From Spirochaetia bacterium (GTDB lineage: Bacteria; Spirochaetota; Spirochaetia; DSM-2461): a stretch of 64,000 nucleotides of DNA. A program made the position numbers and the translations under genes. Below, piece by piece: positions 59,078-64,000 of the stretch. A model generated the notes under the pieces. The model was not told where the DNA came from and did no database searches. It saw nothing but the letters and a program-made list of their open reading frames with translations. The stretch is taken from contig OY764216.1 of NCBI GenBank assembly GCA_963668315.1, positions 4,096,001 to 4,160,000 of the forward strand, written 5' to 3'. Position 1 is the first letter of the stretch; every line of letters starts with the position of its first letter.

Positions 59078-60769
59078 ATGTCAAATAAACGAAACATCAG
59101 CGTATTTAACAGGCTCTTTGCCATCCATACTTTACTTCTCATTCTTATCTACCTTCTGTCGGTGGCTTTTTTTCTCAATAATATCAGGCAATCGTCCCAG
59201 GGAATGGTGGAATCGAAAAGAATTCAGACGAAAATGTTCCTTGCCAATCTGGAACAGCAGCTGGACAGTATTTACAGCCAGGAAGTAAGCCTGGCCAATT
59301 CGGCTATTATGTCAACGCTGGCCTATGGCTATTACAAAGACAATTACGAAAGGTCCCAGCTTCTTCTGGAAATTCTCAAGACGATTCAGGGAATTCAGAG
59401 CATGAGCCCCCTCATAGAGGAGATTGTCGCCACGTTCCCCTCCCAGGGAATCCGTGTGTCGACAAGGAACGGTTACAATAGAGGTTCCGAATGGGAACAG
59501 GTGGAAAAGGGAGCGGAATACGATTACTTTATCAGTTATGATAACCGAATCATCATGAATTTCACCTATCCCCTCATGTATTCGGAGAACGACAGCTATG
59601 TACCGGACTTCAACATTCAGGTCGTACTGTCACCTGATCAGCTGGAAGGATCTTTGGGTGCTTTCAATGATGGTATAGGAAGCGGTGCCGCTATCCGGTT
59701 CAGGGTGAACAGGGAATATATCATAGAGATTGACGACGGCTCCATAGTTGCCGGTTACTACAGAGGATCGGCTGCCGAATTAAAAGATTATCAGTTCATT
59801 TCATCGGACAGCATGAAGTTTCCTATCTCTGTTGTGGCTTTCATAGACAAACAGGTCTTCAGGGATATTATTATGCAGTATATTACGATTCTGACCATTG
59901 TCATGGTCATCCTGACCTCTTTGTACGCTCTCTCCCTTACCTATACGAAAAGAATCATCATAAAACCCCTGAAAGAGTTGATGGGCGCCTTCGACAAAAT
60001 CCGCGGCGGGGATTTCGAAGTGAGGATCTATCATGAACCACATGACGAGTATAACTACCTCTACGCCGGCTTCAACGATACGGTGACCCATATTCAGGAG
60101 CTGATAGACAATATATATGAGCAGGAAGATCTTATCCAGAATGCCGAGCTTGCCCAGCTGCAGTCCCAGATAAATCCCCACTTTCTATATAACAGCTTCT
60201 TCATTATCAACAGGATGGCCAAGAACGAAGCCTACGACCAGATAACGAGTTTCGTCACATCCCTGGCCCGCTACTACCGCTATATTAATAAGGAAACAAG
60301 CCCGTTCATTCCTCTGGAAAAAGAGATTGAACATATGGCCAATTACATCGATATCCAGCAGATGCGCTTCAGCGACAAGATAAGTGTGGAATTGGCCGAT
60401 CTGCCCCTTGAATACAGGAATATATCCGTTCCGAAACTGATCCTTCAGCCTGTCATAGAGAACGCTTATAACTACGGCCTCGCCGATAAGCTGGAAGACG
60501 GGCTCATTAAGATAAGCTATGAACCGAAGGGAACTCTTTTTACCATTTCCGTGGAAGACAATGGAGAAGAGGCTTCCGACAGGCTGATTGAATCTATGGG
60601 AAACAGCCTGGATGTAGATATCCGGGGTTCGAGCCACGCTCTGGCCAATATCCACAGGAGACTGGTGCTGGCATTTGGAACGCCCTGCGGCGTATCGGTC
60701 GATCGGAGTATTCTCGGGGGAGTTAAAGTCACCCTGATCATAGATATGACATCCCGCCCCGACAGATAA
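59078..60769 (+). CDS. YesM/LytS-type sensor histidine kinase
   Basis: Two TM helices, HAMP, LQSQINPHFLYN, IQQMRF, LQPVIENA, EDNG. Confidence 0.93.
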   Translation: MSNKRNISVFNRLFAIHTLLLILIYLLSVAFFLNNIRQSSQGMVESKRIQTKMFLANLEQQLDSIYSQEVSLANSAIMSTLAYGYYKDNYERSQLLLEILKTIQGIQSMSPLIEEIVATFPSQGIRVSTRNGYNRGSEWEQVEKGAEYDYFISYDNRIIMNFTYPLMYSENDSYVPDFNIQVVLSPDQLEGSLGAFNDGIGSGAAIRFRVNREYIIEIDDGSIVAGYYRGSAAELKDYQFISSDSMKFPISVVAFIDKQVFRDIIMQYITILTIVMVILTSLYALSLTYTKRIIIKPLKELMGAFDKIRGGDFEVRIYHEPHDEYNYLYAGFNDTVTHIQELIDNIYEQEDLIQNAELAQLQSQINPHFLYNSFFIINRMAKNEAYDQITSFVTSLARYYRYINKETSPFIPLEKEIEHMANYIDIQQMRFSDKISVELADLPLEYRNISVPKLILQPVIENAYNYGLADKLEDGLIKISYEPKGTLFTISVEDNGEEASDRLIESMGNSLDVDIRGSSHALANIHRRLVLAFGTPCGVSVDRSILGGVKVTLIIDMTSRPDR

Positions 60770-60792
60770 TAAGATCCGGATTACACTCTTTA

Positions 60793-60824
60793 ATGTCAAT
60801 AATTGAACTCTCATGTCAAGAATC
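60793..60824 (+). promoter_or_regulatory. Tandem ATGTCAA site (20-bp period) upstream of the ABC operon
   Basis: ATGTCAATAATT (60793) and ATGTCAAGAATC (60813). TACCAT at 60853. Confidence 0.65.
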
Positions 60825-60916
60825 TTTCATAGGCAGGAGAAAGAAGTGGATGTACCATAAATTAGGTAATCGCCATATATAGGATTTTTATTTACGAAAA
60901 GAGAGGAGATTTAACA

Positions 60917-62605
60917 GTGAAAACCTTAGGTAAAAGCAGACTGACCTTCGGGGCCGCGGCCCTCATGCTTTTGTTTGCCCTGCTTCCCGCCGCCGCCAAC
61001 GGGGCACTGGATGAGGAGCAGTCAACCGTAGAGATCGGAGACGTATCCGATCCCATGGCCAAATACGACGAGCCGATAACGGTCTCGACCTATTTTGAAA
61101 TAGAACCGCCCCTTGTAGAGTTCTTTACGAAGGACAGGATCATGAACAACGTGTTCCAGAAGAGATACCGGGAAGAACTCGGCATAAACCTGGAATACAA
61201 ATGGTTTGCCAACCAGTCCGACGAGGACAGCGTCCAGAAAAAGAACATCGCCATTGCCTCCGGAGACATCCCCGATTTCATGATGGTGAACAAGGAACAG
61301 CTCGCCCTTCTCTCCAAAACGGATCTCATTAATAAGGACATGGGCGTCTATTTTGACAAGTACGCCTCCGACCACTTGAAGGAGTGGATGTATCAGGAAG
61401 GCTCCGCCGCCATGGATTCGGCGACTTTCAACGGACAGATTATCGCCATTCCCCAGCTTGACTCTTCCATCGACACGGCTCCTTTCCTCTGGCTCAGAAA
61501 GGACTGGCTCGACAAGCTCGGCCTGGACGTACCGGAGACCATGGACGATCTGTATAAAGTGATGGTCGCCTTCCGGGACAATGACCCCGACGGAAACGGC
61601 AGGGACGATACCATAGGCCTGATACTCCAGAAGGATATCATGTCCACCCGCGGGACTTCCGACGCCGGCGACGGGATCGGCCTTTTCAACGGCTTCGGCG
61701 CCTATCCCCGGGCCTGGGTGGAAAAGGGCGGCGAGCTGGTCTACGGCAGCGTTCAGCCCGAAATGAAGGAAGCCCTGGCCTATATGAACAAACTGTACAG
61801 TGAAGGCCTCATAGAACAGGATTTCGGCGTCAAGGATCTGATGAAAGCCTCTGAGCTGGCCGCTTCCGGTACGGCGGGAGTGCAATACGGCGCCATGTGG
61901 AACGCCATGTGGCCCCTGGGCAGCACCCTGCAGAACAATCCCGAGGCCGATTGGGAGCCCTTTGTGATTCCCTCCGCCACAGGCAAACCGGCTGAACCCC
62001 AGATCAAGCTGAATGTGGTTCTCTATTTCGTGGTGAACAAAAACTGCGAGCATCCCGAAGCCCTCATCAAGCTGCTCAACTTCTTCGTCGAAAAATTCGG
62101 CTTCTCCGACGAGGAAGAGTACGCCAACTACCTTGTCACCGATACGGGGATCCCCAGTTTCGCTCTCCATGACACCATGTTCAAAACCTACAACGCCCTG
62201 AGAAATCTCGAGGCTTACTGGAAAGTAAGCGAGGCCTTCGAAATGAACGATCCCTCCTCCCTGAATGCGGAACAGCTGAATTACTACAACGCCATCGTCA
62301 AGTACAAAGGGGGAGATCTGTCCCTGGCCGGCTCCGATAAGACCTACGGGGAGAACGGCGCCTTTAAAGCGATGGACTACTATTACCAGAATGACCTGTT
62401 CATGATGGATCAGTTCTACGGAGCTCCCACGAACACGATGAAAAGAAAACTGCAGACCATCAAGGACAAGGAGATCGAATACTTCACCAAGGTCATCATG
62501 GGCGTAGAAAGTCTCGATAACTTTGACGATTTTGCCCAGACTCTCGGAACTCTCGGACTCGACCAGATTACCGAAGAAGTCAACGCCTGGTATTCAGGCA
62601 GATAA
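60917..62605 (+). CDS. LplA-like oligosaccharide/aldouronate ABC substrate-binding protein
   Basis: Signal peptide, ASGDIPD, WLRKDWLDKLGL, DPDGNG.DDT. GTG start with GGAG SD. Confidence 0.9.
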   Translation: MKTLGKSRLTFGAAALMLLFALLPAAANGALDEEQSTVEIGDVSDPMAKYDEPITVSTYFEIEPPLVEFFTKDRIMNNVFQKRYREELGINLEYKWFANQSDEDSVQKKNIAIASGDIPDFMMVNKEQLALLSKTDLINKDMGVYFDKYASDHLKEWMYQEGSAAMDSATFNGQIIAIPQLDSSIDTAPFLWLRKDWLDKLGLDVPETMDDLYKVMVAFRDNDPDGNGRDDTIGLILQKDIMSTRGTSDAGDGIGLFNGFGAYPRAWVEKGGELVYGSVQPEMKEALAYMNKLYSEGLIEQDFGVKDLMKASELAASGTAGVQYGAMWNAMWPLGSTLQNNPEADWEPFVIPSATGKPAEPQIKLNVVLYFVVNKNCEHPEALIKLLNFFVEKFGFSDEEEYANYLVTDTGIPSFALHDTMFKTYNALRNLEAYWKVSEAFEMNDPSSLNAEQLNYYNAIVKYKGGDLSLAGSDKTYGENGAFKAMDYYYQNDLFMMDQFYGAPTNTMKRKLQTIKDKEIEYFTKVIMGVESLDNFDDFAQTLGTLGLDQITEEVNAWYSGR

Positions 62606-62621
62606 CGGGTTATCCGATGAC

Positions 62622-62646
62622 GGGGCTGATCCTGCGGGTCAGCCCC
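62622..62646. other. Intergenic stem-loop after the SBP gene
   Basis: GGGGCTGATCC-TGC-GGGTCAGCCCC. Confidence 0.6.
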
Positions 62647-62690
62647 CATTTTCCCATGTAATCAACCATCTATGAAAAGGAGAGGAAAGC

Positions 62691-63605
62691 ATGAGTATGA
62701 ATAAGGTCCTCCTGAAAAGGGAAGTGCCCCTGCATATTTTAATGCTGCCGGCCGTTCTGGTGGCCGTGGTCTTTTATTATATTCCCATGGTCGGCAATGT
62801 TATGGCCTTTCAGGACTTTATCCCGTCCAAAGGGATGGGGCAGTTCTTCAAATCGGAATGGATCGGACTGGAGAATTTCCAGTATATCTTCTCCATGCCC
62901 GATTTCAAAAGAGTACTTGCCAATACAATCGTCATCGCCCTATATAAAATCGTTCTGGGCATTTTCGTCCCCCTCCTTATGGCGCTTCTGCTGAACGAGG
63001 TCCGGAACCTTCATTTCAAAAAGTGGGTTCAGACGATTGTCTATATTCCCTATTTTCTCTCCTGGGTTATCCTGGGGGGAATCCTCGTAGACCTCCTCTC
63101 TCCCTCCGGCGGATTTATCAATACGCTGATTACCGCCTTCGGCCGTGAGCCCGTCTATTTCCTGGGAAACAACAAAACGATCCAGGGCGTCATAGTCACG
63201 ACCCATATCTGGCAGAGCGTCGGCCTCAACCTCGTGATTTTTCTCGCGGCCCTCACCGGCATCAACCCGAATCTTTACGAGGCGGCCACCGTTGACGGGG
63301 CGGGAGAGTGGAAAAAGCTGACCCACATAACCCTCCCCAGCCTGAAGCCGATGATCATTCTCGTTTCCGTCCTGGGGCTCGGGCAGATCCTAAACGCGGG
63401 ATTTGACCAGATCATGAACCTCTACAGCCCGATTGTTTATGAGAAGGCCGATATCATCGACACCTTCGTCTACCGGACCGGTATGCTGCAGCTCCAGTAC
63501 AGCGTGGCGACCGCCGCGGGCTTCTTCAAATCTTTCGTCGGTCTGATTTTTATATCGGCGTCCTTTTACCTGGCCAAGAAATTCGCCAATTACCGATTGT
63601 TCTAG
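62691..63605 (+). CDS. LplB-like ABC permease
   Basis: LLLNEV, YIPYFLSWV, LYEAATVDGA, DIIDTFVY. Confidence 0.93.
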   Translation: MSMNKVLLKREVPLHILMLPAVLVAVVFYYIPMVGNVMAFQDFIPSKGMGQFFKSEWIGLENFQYIFSMPDFKRVLANTIVIALYKIVLGIFVPLLMALLLNEVRNLHFKKWVQTIVYIPYFLSWVILGGILVDLLSPSGGFINTLITAFGREPVYFLGNNKTIQGVIVTTHIWQSVGLNLVIFLAALTGINPNLYEAATVDGAGEWKKLTHITLPSLKPMIILVSVLGLGQILNAGFDQIMNLYSPIVYEKADIIDTFVYRTGMLQLQYSVATAAGFFKSFVGLIFISASFYLAKKFANYRLF

Positions 63606-63615
63606 GAGTTATTAG

Positions 63616-64000
63616 ATGGTAGAAAATCAAACCTTATCAAGGAAAGTTTTTATAACATTCAATTATGTTTTCCTGGGAGCGGCCACGCTGCTCTCCCTCT
63701 TCCCCATCATCCATGTCCTGGCCCTTTCGTTCAGCTCCAATGCGGCGGCCCAGGCGGGCTGGGTCACCGTTTATCCCGTGGATTTCACCTTAGGCTCTTA
63801 TAAGTATATCCTGGGGAAAAGCGAGTTTTTCAAGGCTTTCGCCGTCTCCGTGGAAAGGGTTGTCCTGGGAACGGTGATCAGCCTTTTTCTCACGTCCACC
63901 AGCGCCTACGCCCTCTCCCAGTCGGATGAGAATTTCCGCGCCAGAAAGTACTATGCCTGGTTCTTTATCGTCACCATGGTATTCATTCCCTCCATCATTC
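63616..64000 (+). CDS. LplC-like ABC permease (partial, runs off the window)
   Basis: Hand translation MVENQTLSRKVFITFNYVFLG...FPIIHVLALSFSS...AYALS. AGGAG SD. Confidence 0.88.
   Translation, partial: MVENQTLSRKVFITFNYVFLGAATLLSLFPIIHVLALSFSSNAAAQAGWVTVYPVDFTLGSYKYILGKSEFFKAFAVSVERVVLGTVISLFLTSTSAYALSQSDENFRARKYYAWFFIVTMVFIPSII

Noticed and set aside
61022..62170. 382-aa minus-strand ORF and other long antisense ORFs (e.g. 5727-6794, 23002-23991, 26476-27480, 49353-50417, 51529-52710)
   Set aside because: All overlap recognisable genes on the opposite strand and lack family motifs.
1..64000. CRISPR arrays, tRNA/rRNA, prophage or defence systems
   Set aside because: No regularly spaced repeats, cloverleafs or hallmark genes seen by eye. 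tRNAscan/Infernal not run.

Overview
Bacterial chromosomal segment, probably from a free-living spirochaete (Spirochaetaceae-like). This is inferred from the 'FAxGxxE'-type secreted solute-binding proteins and the gene content. About 52 CDSs, mostly on the minus strand, form accessory transport, catabolism and signalling modules: (i) a large PHP-like membrane protein, a MINPP-type histidine phosphatase, GDPD, a sugar ABC transporter and a DeoR regulator; (ii) two histidine kinases plus a REC-SpoIIE protein; (iii) a stand-alone DRE-TIM (HOA-like) aldolase; (iv) a flavinylated lipoprotein reductase with TetR; (v) IadA, an amidohydrolase and an OYE; (vi) an IclR-led operon with a Liv-type ABC transporter, two MmgE/PrpD proteins, MFS, isochorismatase and cyclic amidohydrolase; (vii) an MCP, a diguanylate cyclase, and an OmpR-type two-component system with DUF362 and permease genes; (viii) a long carbohydrate-utilisation region (GH78, ABC transporters, two LacI regulators, YidJ-like sulfatase, esterase, putative porin, YesM-type kinase) interrupted by an IS1-like transposase gene. 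No rRNA, tRNA or CRISPR array was seen. The most notable result is an unannotated Phe/Tyr-rich leader peptide with terminator and antiterminator (15308-15504) in front of the uncharacterised aldolase. It suggests a role for this enzyme in aromatic amino acid biosynthesis, possibly as a non-canonical pyruvate-dependent DAHP-forming aldolase (inference). A shared 20-bp-period tandem motif also links four promoters at 55.4-60.8 kb into one putative regulon.
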